Positions 14,527-27,443 of a stretch of DNA of 64,000 nucleotides are shown one piece after another. The position numbers and the translations under genes are program-made. Source of the stretch: Squalus acanthias (Eukaryota); the NCBI GenBank assembly GCA_030390025.1, contig CM059429.1, positions 20,460,001-20,524,000 of the forward strand, in the 5' to 3' direction. The notes below the pieces were generated by a model. It did no database searches. It saw only the letters and a program-made list of their open reading frames with translations, and was not told where the DNA came from. Position 1 is the first letter of the stretch; every line of letters begins with the position of its first letter.

Positions 14527-15251
14527 GGCCCGTATTTTCCGATGCCTACGGGTGTGTACTAGCTGTGTGCACACCATAGGGACATCGGAAATGTCGGTTT
14601 CAGGCATGCGAAGCGCATGCGCTGAAAACCAGCATTTCCGATCTGTCAAAAATCCTCTTGACAGATCGCACGCCTGCCCTGGAGAAGGGCCTCTGCGGGT
14701 GGAGAGTTCCGCTTTCTGCAGAACCTCCGCCCGCTGAAAACCCTTAAAATCTTACACCTGGTAAAAGCTTTTACCAGCATAAGAGTTTTAAAAAAATATT
14801 TTTTTCCCCCACTCATTTATAATTTTAAAATACTTCAAAAAAGGTACGTTTATTTTTAGCCCTGTAAAAAACTTAATTATTTTTTTCAAAAAATTAAATT
14901 TTTGTTTAAAATTTAATGTAATTTTAACTAATTTAAAAAATGTGATTGAAAAAATTATTTAATGTTTTGATGTGTTTTTGGGGTGATCTCTATTCATACT
15001 TTTGACAGGTATATCTGTCAAAAGTATGAAGGGAGATTCCCTTCTCTTATTGGCTGGCCTGGCCCACGTGATCCCAGGGACGTGTGCGAACTGCCTGCGC
15101 CCCTGGGATACGTGGGCCCTGCACATTTCGACTGTGGAGAGGCCCAGGAGCGGAAGTGTCCGGACTTCGGGAGCCCTCAGGTAAGTGCGTAGATTTTTTT
15201 CCGATAGGAGGCATCCGCACGCAGGAAGCCTCCTATCGGAAATTAGGGGCC
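14527..15251. mobile_element. Harbinger-type MITE with an AT-rich core
   Basis: TIR GGCCCGTATTTTCCGAT / ATCGGAAATTAGGGGCC (15/17); flanks ATT/ATA. Confidence 0.8.
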
Positions 15252-17633
15252 ATAATGTTCTGACCATACCTTCAGTCTCCCCTTTAAATTCTCCCTCTTC
15301 CTCTATGGAGTCTATCTTCCCACATGTGGAGCACTCGCAGATATTCTTTTAGGAGTGCTATGTAAATACAAGCTGCTGCTGTTAGCCATGCCCACCGCTC
15401 CCCTGCCCCAGCCCACTGCCAGTGCTGCTCTCAGCCGGCCACCAGGAGGGGTACTAAAGTCACCCCTGTGGATGCTCCTCATTTCATTTTTCTCGCCGTA
15501 TCCCCGGAGAGTTTTCTGTCCTCTATATGATGCCTCCCCACATCAGCACACCTGAACATAGGGATGGAATTAAAACTGCACCCCACCACTGCGTACCATC
15601 ACATACAGTTTCATCCATCATATCATTCACAGTACAACTAGTCCACAATACTCTCTCTGGTGATTGCTTGACACTATAAATATAAAACTGGCAATTTGGA
15701 AAGGAAACAAAACAAGGAATTTGTTTCTGATCACTGCAGGTAAGACAGCTGGCTGGCACTGAGAAAATAGTTTATATTCTTGTATGATATTGAGTATCAA
15801 AATTCAGAGAGCCAGACATTTAAACTTACTCCAAGAACAAGTTCTTAAATGACATGGCTCTAGGGGTGATAACTGTCCAGAATTTCTAAACCTAATTTAA
15901 CCATTGAGATTTTCAAAATGTCCAATAAAATCTTCCGCAGAGAAGCAAAAGTCACTTCACAAAGACTCAGGAGATATGAAAGTGCTCTCTGCATTTATAT
16001 AAAGGCTAGAATTAAAATATAATTGATGCATACTGGTTAAAAATTATATAAAATGTTATTGTATTATAAGTTTTAAGCCACAACTGTGGTCTAAAATCAC
16101 TTGAGTTTGAAAGTTGTCATAGTGCATGCAGTGTGTAGAATGGAGCTGTGTATTTTGCGCATTTTTTTTAAATTGCACTGCCAGGAACACACATTTGCTC
16201 ATTTTGCTTTCTGGAAAGTGAATGCATAATTAAGAGGCCAATCCAAAAGCACCTGCAAGAATACTGCTCAACTAACAACACACATAATTGGTATAAATAG
16301 CTCACTGTGAGCCAAGCAAACTGTGCAGTTTGCAGTTCCTGGGGGAACTGAGGGTCAGCAAAGAAGACGCAAACTCTGATTCACTGACAACAGTATTCGG
16401 CTTAAAGCTAATGGCATGAGAAGCCATCCACCAATACCCAGAGGGTAAAGCATGAATGGGAGGTTGGACTACATACCCAGCTATCTGGAAGGATCAGACC
16501 TGAACAAAATGACCATGGCGAGAAATAAGAATGAATATGTATAAATGTAGGCAGCCATATATGTACAAAGCCAATCAAAATCAATTACAGATGGCAGATA
16601 TGTTTGCTGGAATACATGGTCCGCTAACCTGCGGGAATAGCAGCTCGAAGGGAAGTAATTAAAATAGTTGAGGTTTCTAGAGAAGGACAAAAAGGGGATA
16701 CGAGAAAGATGCAGCTGCGAAAGATTGAAGACTGATTCTATTTATTCATACATAAAGCTGAAAATGACAATGCACTCAGAAAGCTCTCAAACATTGTGCA
16801 GGCAATGTACTTTATATTTGGGTAAGCAATGCGTAAGGCTAAAAAGCTATACTGCTGCCTAAAATACACAGGACTGAGGCAGAGAAATTGGTTTCATGAC
16901 GGTTCCATGGCGTGAAGTGGATGGCACACTCGCCTGAAGATGTTGGCCCGAGGCTCACTCCAAATTGGGCCTTGGGCCTTATTTCCATAAAACCGGCAAG
17001 CTGCAGACGCCAAGTCAAGGCTTTCTCAAAATCAGCCGGCTCAGTATCCGAGAAAGGACAACAACAACTTGCATTTATATAGCACCTTTAACGTAGTGAA
17101 ACATTAACCAAAACTAGTTGGGCACCAGGACTCAGTAGGTCATACAGCAAGGGTTATTTGTTCAGCAAACTGGCATTGAGCAGCATGCAGCATCTTCAGT
17201 CGATACTTCAGACATGCAGATAGTTGAGGTTCTGAGGTGCATGTTCCATGATACAGTAATAGTCAGCTTCAATGTGCCCTGGAAGCAGAGTCCGAACAAC
17301 TATGAGTAAGGAATTCCAACAAGTCATGGCTGTGCAACTGTCTACGCTCCAACAGAGCAGTAGCCAACATGAGGCTCGAGCCTCCAGGAGAGGATCGTGA
17401 CCAAAAGTAAAGGAACAAGTGCGTGATGCTCAAATCGCTCCCAGTCCCTTGCCTGTAGCTGCCTCTGGACAAGTGACAGGAGAAGCCCCTGAAAGCAAAC
17501 AGGCCACACAGCAGCCAGAATATGACAGGCGATTCCTGGCACACAGGCAAGGACTATCTTTGGCTTGCAACGGGTCAAGGAAGGTGGTCTGCTAATCACA
17601 AGTAAATCCTCAGCAGACTTTCTCCATCCTGTA

Positions 17634-18097
17634 AGAAAGACTTGCATTTATATAGCGCCGCTCACAGCCTCATGACGTCTCAAAGTGCTTTACAGCCAAT
17701 GAAGTACTTTTGAAGTGTAGTCACTGTTATAATGTAAGAAACACGGCAGCCAATTTTGCATACAGCAAGCTCCCACAAACAGCAATGTGATAATGGCCAG
17801 ATAATCTGTTCTAGTGATGTTGATTGAGGGATAAATATTAGCCAGGACACCGGGGATAACTCCACTGCTCTTCTTCGAAATAATGTCATGGGATCTTTTA
17901 CATCCACCTGAGAGAGCAGACGGGGCCTCGGTTTAACGTCTCATCTGAAAGACGGCATCTCCGACAGTGCAGCACTCCCTCAGCACTGCAATGGAGTGTC
18001 AGCCTAAATTTTTATCATCAAGTCTCTGGAGTGGGACTTGAACCCACAACCTTCTGACTCAGAGGCGAGAGTGCCACCCACTGAGCCACGGCTGACA
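17634..18097 (-). mobile_element. Full-length SacSINE1-like (Deu-domain) SINE
   Basis: A box TGGCTCAGTGG, B box GGTTCAAGTCC, central domain and tail GGCGCTATATAAATGCAAGTCTTTC; many copies in the window. Confidence 0.9.
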
Positions 18098-18798
18098 ATG
18101 CATAATAGTACACCCAGTAGTACATTACAAAGGAGTAGCAGAGGGGAAAGTCCACAGTTCTCTAGTACTCACACTACAAACAGAAAGCACAGCCCTACAT
18201 CTTGTTAAATACGCTGCACCTCACTATTAGTTTCAGTAAAGATACAACACATCACGGTAAACATTTCAGTCATTGTTTTCTTTTCAAATTAATACTTCCC
18301 ATATAAACAGCAGTACTAAGAAATGATTGTTAAAAATACATCCAAATAAACATAAGGGTAGGCCTCTAGATGATGCTGAAGCGTGCTGAAAGACTGCCAA
18401 ACCAATGAGGTCTCATGTTGTGGCTGCTCATCTTCTGCCTTCTCCTCCTCCTCCTCCTCCTCCTCTTGTGCTAGGGCTTGTTGCTATTCCTCTTCCACAA
18501 GTAAGCATATGCCTTTCCATAGCTGTGCTATGCGGAAAAATACTACCATTCCACAAATTCTCTCCAGGGGACATTATAGAGCTCCCCCTGTATGGTGCAA
18601 ACAACGAATCAAATGACTGCTTGATGACATTCTTGAAATGTGCTTCTTTCTAGGCTCTTTGCTGGGTGGTATGCGGGCGGCATAGCAGAGCCATGAGCCA
18701 TAGTTCAAGGAGGTAATCCTTATCTCTCAGGAGTCAAACATTCAACCTCTTATCATATTGGAATGTGAGGAATCCACGATTCCCTGAAAATGGGAGCA

Positions 18799-19637
18799 CA
18801 GGAATAGGAAAAGGCCCATTCAACTTCTCAAGTCTGTTCCACCATTCAATTAGATCATGGCTGATCTGTACCTCAACCCCATTACCTGCATTTGCTCCAT
18901 ATCCCTTCATACACTTACCGAACAAAAAAATCAATCTCAGTCTTGAAAGCTTCAATTGACCCCCAGCATCCACAGCCTTTTTGGGGGAAAGGGTTCCAGA
19001 TTTCCACTGTCCTTTGTGTGAAGAAGTGCTTCCTGATTTCACTCTTGAATGGCCTGGCTCTAATTTTATGGTCATGCCCTCATGTTCTGGACATCCCCCA
19101 CCAGAGGAAAGATAATCACTTTATCTACCCTATCAAATCCTTTTATCATTTTAAACACCTCGATTAGATCATCCGTCACTCTTCTAAACTCAAGGGAATA
19201 CAAGCCATGTTGATGCAATCTGTCCTCAGAATTTAACCCTTCAAGTCCCAGTATCATTCTGGTGAATCTACGCTGCACCCCTCCAAGGCCAACATATCCT
19301 TCCTGAGGGGCCGTGCCCAGAACGGATTTCAGTTCTCCAGATAGGGTCTGACCGAGGCTCGATACAACTGAAGCATAATTTCCTCCCCTTTGTATACTAG
19401 CCCCCTTGAGATAAAGGCCAACATTTCATTCGCCTTTTTGTACCTGTCAACTAGATTTTAGTGACTTGTGTACATGGCTACCCTAATCTCTTTACTCCTT
19501 CATAGTTCCTAGTTTCTCATCATTTAGAAAATATTCTGATTTGTCTTTCTTGGATTCAAAGTGGATTACCTCATACTTTCCAACACTGAACTCCATTTGC
19601 CACAGTTTTGCCCACTCACTTAATCTGTCTAATCTGT
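18799..19637 (-). mobile_element. CR1 LINE 3' fragment inserted in the Harbinger transposase
   Basis: QRRFTRMILGLEGL..DLIEVFKMIKGFDRVD; sits between the HD and AP codons of the transposase. Confidence 0.9.
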
Positions 19638-20120
19638 ATCATGGGTACTCCCTGGAAACCATACATTTATATACATAACTCTTTTCTACTGGCCAATGAC
19701 TATTTGGATGTTCGTCTAGTAGTATATTTTTCTGTTAATGAATGTCATGGGATGTTGCACAGGTGATTGAATGGTCACAGGTGTAATTGCTGACACCCTA
19801 CACCCTTGGAATACCACATTTTTCATAAAACTCTGGTCAGTCTCTCCTACTGCTGGTGCATCCGGACGCTAATTTTATTGTATTCCCCTGCCTTTTAAAG
19901 CAGGGCACCTGTGACATCAGTTATGCAACAGTTAACCACAAACTGCCTGACTGTCTCCTGCTTTTGGTTGGAAGGAGCCCAAGCTAAAACAGTTGAATGT
20001 GGTTATCACTTTTCTTGTTACTAGCAGCGCAATGCTCCCTGATTGCATGTCTGGTTCCAGGAGATGGCATAATTCATAAATGGTTTGTTAGTGAGGCATG
20101 GCTCCTCATGCATTCATTAA

Positions 20121-21408
20121 GTGTCACCTGTGGCTCAGTGGGGAGCACCCTTGCCTCTGAGTCAGAAGGTTGTGGGTTCAAGTCCCACTCCAGAGACTTG
20201 AGCACAAAAATCCAGGCTGACACTCCAGTGCAGTACGGAGGCAGTGCTGCACTGTCGGAGGTGCCGTCTTTCAGATGAGATGTAAAACGAGGCCCCTAAC
20301 TGCCCTCTCAGGTGAATGTAAAAGATCCCACGGCATTATTTCAAAGAAGAGCAGGGGAGTTATCTCTGGTGTCCTGGCCAATATTTATCCCTCAATCAAC
20401 ATCACTAAAACGATTATCTGGTCATTATCACGTTGCTGTTTGTGGGAGCTTGCTGTGCGCAAATTGGCTGCCTGCGTTTCCCACATTACAACAGTGACTA
20501 CGGGGGTGATTTTGCCAATGGGGGGCGCGTTGGAGGCGGGACTGCCACTTGTCGGGTTTTAGTCCCGCCTCCATCGACATCTGGCCAAACCACACTATTT
20601 TCCCTTGATTGACCTTGTTAAGCCCGCCCAGCGGGCTTAGCAGGCCAATTAAGGGAAAGCCGGTGATAGAGAACGTCAGCGTATGACGTTTCATCCGTCA
20701 AATATTTTTGACAGATGAATTGTCATCGTTTGACAGCTTTGTGAAGCTGTCAAACACTGACATTCTCTGTTGTTTGGTGAGTTCTTGTACTCAAGGCTCA
20801 CCAAACCTATTTCCCGAGCAGAAAGCAGGTGGCTGTTGCATCGGAGAATGCAGCAGCCATTCTGTCATCTCTGCTGTGGAGATGCCGGAGCCTCCGCATC
20901 CCCAACGATTGAAGTCTGCAGGAAGAAACAAAGGTAAGTAAACTTTTTCTAACACTTTTCACTTACCTCACATACTTACCTCTCCACACTTGCACCCATC
21001 ACTCACCTCCACAGCGCACTTTTGGACCCCTCTCACTCCCGCAGACCCACTGCTCGCCTCGCTGACCCTGGCGGGGTTTCCCGACGTCGGGAAGCCCGCA
21101 CCTCTGTTGGAAAAATGGGGATAATCCTCTTAACTGCTGTTAACAGGCAGTTAAGTGACTGTAATCCCCTTCCCGCCTCCAGGAGACGGGACCCGGCGCG
21201 GGTCGGGTACCCGCCTCCTGGGAAGATGGCACGGAGGCGGGATGGGTACCCGCCCCCAGATTCTGCCATTTTCCCAGCAGTCCTGCCTCCCCAGGGCTGG
21301 CAAGATCACCCCCTACACTTCAAAAAGTACATTATTGGCTGTAAAGCGCTTTGGGACGTCTGGTGGTAGTGAAAGGCGCTATATAAATGCAAGTCTTTGT
21401 TTTTTTTT
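20121..21408 (+). mobile_element. SacSINE1-like SINE, split by the 20502-21313 element and itself inserted in the Harbinger transposase
   Basis: Head at 20121, tail near 21400; flanks CATTCATT / CATTCCTT resemble a TSD. Confidence 0.9.
20502..21313. mobile_element. Non-autonomous Harbinger-type element (812 bp) inserted in a SINE
   Basis: TIR GGGGGTGATTTTGCCA / TGGCAAGATCACCCCC (15/16 match); 3-bp TSD TAC at 20499-20501 and 21314-21316; removing it restores the SINE consensus ACAGTGACTACACTTC. Confidence 0.92.
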
Positions 21409-22557
21409 CATTCCTTCTTGATGAGATTGAGGTCGTTCTGTTGTTGCTGACACATACGCTGTCTAGGACAGCAGTGGATCCTGCTGGTCTTCCTGCTCTG
21501 GTCACGGGTTTCACTGAACCTCTTCTGCTGCTTGGCCTCCTGCTACAACTTGTCAGCAAAGTCAGAATTGCCCATGCATTCATGATGCTGAAACATCTGA
21601 ATCACTGTTTTCAATGTCTCCCATTCCACATCATGCTGGACCGTTACAGATTCTCCACAGTGATTTTCTCTTGGGATCCATCAACACAAATGTGCACGGG
21701 ATGCAAACATGAGCAAATTTGCAGGTTCACCATTAATTCAAGCTCAACAAGCCAAACCAAAAAACAGCTAACGTCAGGTCTGTGCGTTAACCTCCATTAA
21801 TCCAGATGACTTCCTGGTGGAATTTTTAGAAGCATGGCCAAAAATGTATTTGTGCTTCATTAATGCGAATGTAAAATTGCTATCCATTAGCACACACTCA
21901 TCTCATGCATTAACTCTAATGCACAGAGGAATTTCACCCCAAAATGGTAATCAAAATAAATACAAAACTCATTACTTGCTTCAGGGGACATATAAACTCA
22001 CTTGTGGCTGGTACTGACTTGGATGACAGCATGTCATGGTAAAAATTTCTTCAGCACTTTTGCTGAAAAGTGTTTATCTTTATCATGCATTATGTGACTA
22101 TCGAGGCTCATCTGCTAAAAGATGTGGAAAACCTAAAAGAAAAATGAAGAGATAGCAGGAAGAAGAACTTCAACTAAATACTTGAACAGTTTTGTGACCA
22201 TGACGAGTCGCACAATACTAACTTCTGAGAAACAAAACTTCTTTGAAGCACAATGAAAATTTCAGTCAATAGACCCAAAATATAATTTTTCAGAGCCTAT
22301 AAATTGTCCTCTTGTAATCTGTAGATGAGGTCAATGACAAAGGAAAGAGTTCTCCTAGAGTTCTGCCCAATGCCTAGATTGGCTGTTGAGTTATTTGATC
22401 CACCACAGCATTAATTCTATCTTCACTGACCCACCATTAAGTAGGATAACAGATAACTGGAAGTAGCTCAGTGTACATGGTGAAACATGAGAGAGGATTC
22501 AAATGACATAAATCATGAGACACAAATAGCTCATCAATGTCACATGAAGCCCAAGAT

Positions 22558-23010
22558 TGCTCAGTTGGTAGCACCCTTGCCCCTGACTCAGAACGTTGTG
22601 GGTTCAAGTCCCACTCCAGAGACTTGATCACAAAAATCCAGGTCGACATTCCAGTGCAGCACTGAGGGAGCACTACACTGTCGGAGGTGCTGTCTTTCGG
22701 ATGAGACGTTAAATCGAGGCTCCGTCTACTCTCTCAGGTGGATGTAAAGGATCCCATGGCACTATTTCGAAGAAGAGCAGCGGAGTTCTCTCCGGTGTCC
22801 TGGCTAATATTTATCCCTCAATCAACATCGCTAAAACAGATTATCTGATCATTATCACATTGCTGTTTGCGGGAGCTTGCTGTGTGCAAATTGGCTGCCG
22901 CGTTTCCTACATTACAACAGTGACTACACTCCAAAAAGTACTTCATTGGCTGTAAAGTGCTTTGGGACGTCTGGTGATCGTGAAAGGCGCTATATAAATG
23001 CAAGTCTTTC
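22558..23010 (+). mobile_element. SacSINE1-like SINE
   Basis: Same consensus, slightly 5'-truncated. Confidence 0.9.
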
Positions 23011-23660
23011 TTACAGGATGGAGAAAATCTGCACAATCAAAAGTATGTTATTCCTCATCAGTTTTGTTCACTTACTACCTACAGGAAGATGGAAGTAGCA
23101 GAGCTAGGCAGCAGGTTCCCAAAGTGTGTGAACCACTAGATTCAACTGGCCAGGGGTACGGAATGGACTTGTGCCATATTTGGTCCATTTCTTTCTGGTT
23201 AAGATAAACATTCCAAACTGAGGAACTATCGTTCTCCCCCATCACTTCAGCACAACAAAATCAGTATCATGACAGAGCAGCAAAGCATTAAAATTGGGAT
23301 TTAAATCTTCATCCATTTATCCTTTGCATAATTCCACACTGTGTTGCAGGATAAAAATCACTTTTTTTCACACCATGGCGCTCCAAAACAGGACTTGCAT
23401 CAATGCTGGGGGCTGAGGCCAATACCAGGAATTAAATCTTGTCCCTAAGCTTACTGCACATCTGGCACCTCTAGTTTCTATAGGCTGAAAATGCTGCATC
23501 AAATTTCACGAACAATTCCCAGTTATTCACAAAACTGTGGCTGAAGAAATAAAAAAAAAATACATTACCACTATCGAGAAGCTTAAAGTCCCAAAGCTGA
23601 AGTTATAGGACCCAAAATTTCATAGGAGTTCCGCCAGTGTCCTGTTGTAACTCCAGCAGG

Positions 23661-24662
23661 ACATCACTGCAGGAATTTCTCAGGGCAGTGTCTAGGCCCA
23701 ACCATCTTCAGCTGCTGCATCAATGACCTTCCCTCCAACATAAGATCAGAAGTGGGTATGTTCGCTGATGACTGCACAGTGTTCAGTTCCATTCGTAACT
23801 CCTCAGATAATGAAGCAGTTCATGTCCGCATGCAGCAAGACCTAGGCCGCATTCAGGCTTGGGCTGATAAGTGCCAAGTAACATTCGCATCACACAAGTG
23901 CCAGGCAATGACTATCTCCAAAAGGAAAGAGTCTAATCATCTCCCCTTGACATTCAATGGCGTTACCATCGTCGAATCCCACACCATCAACATCCTGGGG
24001 GTCACCACTGACCAGAAACTTAACTGGACCAGCCACATAAATACTGTGGCAACAAGAGCAGGTCACAGGCTAGGTATTCTGCGGCGAGTGATTCACTTCC
24101 TGACTCTCCAAAGCCTTTCCACCATCTACAAGGCACAAGTCAGGAGTGTGATGGAATACTCTCCACTTGCCTGGATGAGTGCAGCTGCAACAACACTCAG
24201 GAAGCTCGATGTCATCCAGGACAAAGCAGCCCGCTTGATTGGCACCCCATCCATCACTTTAAACGTTCACTCACCCCACCACTGGCGCACCGTGGCTGCA
24301 GTGTGTACAATCTACAAGATGTACTGCAGCAACTCGCCAAGGCTTCTTCGACAGCAGCTCCCAAACCTGCGAGCTCTACCACCTAGAAAGACAAGGGCAG
24401 CAAGCGCATGGGAACACCACCACCTCCAAGTTCCCCTCCAAGTCACACACCATCCTGACTTGGAAATATATCGTCGTTCCTTCATTGTCGCTGGGTCAAA
24501 ATCCTGGAACTCCCTCCCTAACAGCACTGTGGGAGTACCTTCACCACAAGGACTGCAACAGTTCAAGAAGGCAGCTCACCACCACCTTCTTGAGGGCAAT
24601 TAGGGATGGGCAATAAATGCTGGCCTTGCCAGAGACGCCCTCATCCCGTGAATTAATAAATT
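23661..24662 (+). mobile_element. 5'-truncated non-LTR retrotransposon (CR1/L2/Jockey group): reverse-transcriptase C-terminal half plus 3' tail
   Basis: ORF 23752-24603 has the MFADDC catalytic motif, preceded by frameshifted QGSV.GP..F...INDLP; ends SWNSLP; related minus-strand copies at about 35305-35620 and 53570-54432. Confidence 0.9.
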
Positions 24663-25519
24663 AAAAAGGTAACAACATCTGAACACATGCATATTGGTGG
24701 TGAATTCACACAGCAGTTCTAAATCATGATTGATGGTTTGTGTGAGGATCCACTGATTCGCTAATACTTTTACAAAGTTCTTGTGCTTTCTTTTGCCAAT
24801 TTTATCTACTCCTATCCTAAAGCCCGGGATGGAGACTGGGATGGGAGCCAGCAGACATCCAGTACCATGCCAAGTGACCATTCTTTAGATCTCTTTCACA
24901 CGTGTATCCAGGCAGAGAGGCCCCGAAGTTCCTGGCTTGGGAAAGGCGTAACTCTCATTTACATTGCCTAGAATATGGTCTGGAACCCAGCTCCACTGGG
25001 ATTGCACCCTGTTTAGACAGGATATTTAAATTCTGGTCAGAGGTGCCGAGGCAGATCTTCCGCCTGTCCCTCCCCCCACGTCAAGGAGGCTGTCAGCTGT
25101 AGTTCCCAAACTATCCAGAGAATTCTTCCCTTATGCCCTTGAAAGGCTTCAATGGAACGCACGCAAGTTGAAATCTGGTGTGAGTCTCTTTGAGGCCTCC
25201 TGAAGACCCTAAAACATCTCTAGTGTCAGATTGGCTTCATTGCGAGGCAAAGAACCATGTAAAAATATTTTCTTTGGCTCATTTGGGCCTTGGAGGGACT
25301 TCAGGTGGAGTGGCAAAGTGCCGCTCCACTTCAGAAGGGCAGATTGGGTTAGGCCAGGGCAGGTGCGACTTGATGCACCCTTGCAGGCGCTGGTGGCCAG
25401 GCCCTGGATATGCAAATGATCCTGTTCCCAGGATTTGGGGCGAAGTCTCTGGCCAGGGGCAAAGGTGGGCAGGGTTTAGCTGCCCCCAAAGTGGAGCCCC
25501 AGCAATTTCAAGGCCTGAG

Positions 25520-25800
25520 TATTGGCAGGCTATTCGGACATGGTGCCATCACAGCTGAGTCCAATCCTGTCCTCACTCAACATCCACAATTGGATCCTTT
25601 CTATCAAGGGTCACGAGATAGCAGTCAGGTATGTCCTTCCTTTGTGTGAGGTACACTGAGGGCAGTGGCAGGGCCTTTACCTTTGCCCCAGCGGAGATCC
25701 GCCAAGCACAGACATGGGATCGAACCTAGCATCTCCCTGGTATACATGATTAAGTATCGCACCAAATGGTGCATTTATCCACTGAACACTTGGAACAGCT
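25520..25800 (-). mobile_element. Old tRNA-derived SINE of another family
   Basis: Minus-strand B box GGTTCGATCCC and an A-box-like GTTCAGTGG near 25785; family not identified. Confidence 0.45.
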
Positions 25801-27443
25801 AAAGCTGTGCTATAAAATCTTTTTACTGAATTTTGGCTCAAAAAATTATAAACAGATCTGCTTTATTCAAGGTGCATAATTCTACAGAGGATTATATCGC
25901 ACAGCAATAGCACAGTGGCTTCAATGGAAATGAAAACCAGGCGATTTCTATAATGAAGGGCCGATCCACAATGCCAGGTTTATGCCCAGGTATTAAGTTA
26001 AGAATCTACCCCAGTGGTCCAGAAATTTGTTTCAAAGAGCTACAGTGCCAAATAATATACATCTGCTAACTAACTACCATTAAACTGCTAGTTAATTTTG
26101 TGAAACATTAGCACCATTAGATAGCGGCAAATGAGTACTGCCAAACTATCATTTAACACAGTACTTCCCTTTTCTACTTGTCTATTCCTCTCTGTTTATC
26201 TTTTTCCCTTCCTTCCACCCATCAAAAAAACCCAAGGAAATCAAGATCTGAATTTTGGACCCTCAGTTCTGCCTGAAGAAATAATCTTAGCATGAGAGCA
26301 TTTTGGTTAACAATACTGCCAAGTGTCAGCATCTAAGTACACATAGTCATCTCCACTTACTTGGATTCTGTATTCCCAGTGCTTCCAATAGCCAAGAAAA
26401 TGTAAACATGTCTCAAACTCTTGGCCCAAGTTCTCAGAAGTCAACCTCGGCACTTACATGCGAACACACAGAGAGGAACCTTGCAGAGGTTTGTATGGAA
26501 CAGTTTTAATCTCTTTTAAAAAAAAAAATGTGGATGACCGTCTAATTAGAAGTTTGACAAATTATAGTTATTTATTATAACCTTAGCAACAGAACATTTA
26601 AGTTGGAAAGTTAAAAATGGCAACAATTTTCTATCTTGCTACTTTCCTTTTGATGATCAAATCACTGTGACCCCAAAGGCCGCGTACTTCAAATTCTATA
26701 TTGGCCCAATAAAAAAATATCAAATACTTCGTCTATGCTGATTCTTGGGGACCAATAATAGAGCTGTGAAATAGTTTTCTACAGTGGATTATTGAAATAT
26801 TGTCAGAGTGTGAAGTTTTGGCAGTCAATACACAGACTTTACTGAAGGGAATGTGAACAATTGTGCATTAGAATCTCCAGCACCCCCTTGCTGAAATGTT
26901 AAGAGCTTGGAGCCCCAGTTAGGCAGATCCTGCAATTCTATTTCTGAAACATGTGCTAATCTAAATTAACCTTTTTTAGTAACACAAGACAAGATAGTTG
27001 CATTAAAAAGTTATCATCTTGATATTAAAATTAATTTATGAATCGTGTATGATTCAAAGCATTGAAGCTTCTTAAGCAAAACCAACTATTCATCTTAGAA
27101 TCATTGAAATTTTACAGTCAAGCCTGAAAGAGCTATCCATGTAGCTCCGTCCCCCTGCCCTTTCCCCACACCAGTTTAAATGTTTTATTTTCTATTATTT
27201 ATCCAGTTCCCTTTTACATGGGATTCACAATTGAATACTAAAATTGAACAGCAGGAAGAAAGGCAAAACTCACTGAAGGCAAATTTGACTTTGGGTGGTA
27301 TTGTAAAACGAGCACTATCGGATCAATCATCCCGTTATACATCTCTCGTGCTATCTATTTCCAATGAAGTCAGTGGAAACTTTTGAAAGGAATTGTAATT
27401 TGAATTATTTTTGCTTAAAACATTGTATTTGTACTTTTACAAG

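Larger units (their letters stand above)
18370..21575 (-). pseudogene. Fossil PIF/Harbinger (HARBI1-like DDE) transposase in three pieces: 21575-21409, 20115-19638, 18797-about 18370
   Basis: Hand translation with stops and frameshifts: CPRQRMCQQQQNDLNLIKKEC / QTIYELCHLLEPD..ALLVTRKVITTFNCFSLGSFQ..GD / CITDVTGAL / FYEKCGIPRV*GV / FINRK..NIQIV..WFPGSTHD|APIFRES / LLRDKDYLLELWLM / EAHFKNVIKQSF / RCLHHTGGAL, then a poly-E tail. Motif order is colinear with Harbinger transposases. Confidence 0.88.

Noticed and set aside
20121-20200. tRNA gene candidates at SINE heads (also about 18030-18097, 22558-22620, 44340-44415, 50230-50300, 60020-60095)
   Set aside because: A and B boxes are present but run directly into SINE bodies; no proper cloverleaf with an acceptor stem.
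17613-23032. Composite transposon bounded by inverted SINEs
   Set aside because: No TSD outside the inverted ends, and the SINE bodies are too diverged; only the shared flank is kept as a finding.
23752-24603. 283-aa ORF as a host or domesticated gene
   Set aside because: It is the 3' part of a LINE reverse transcriptase, frameshifted upstream, with related copies in the window.
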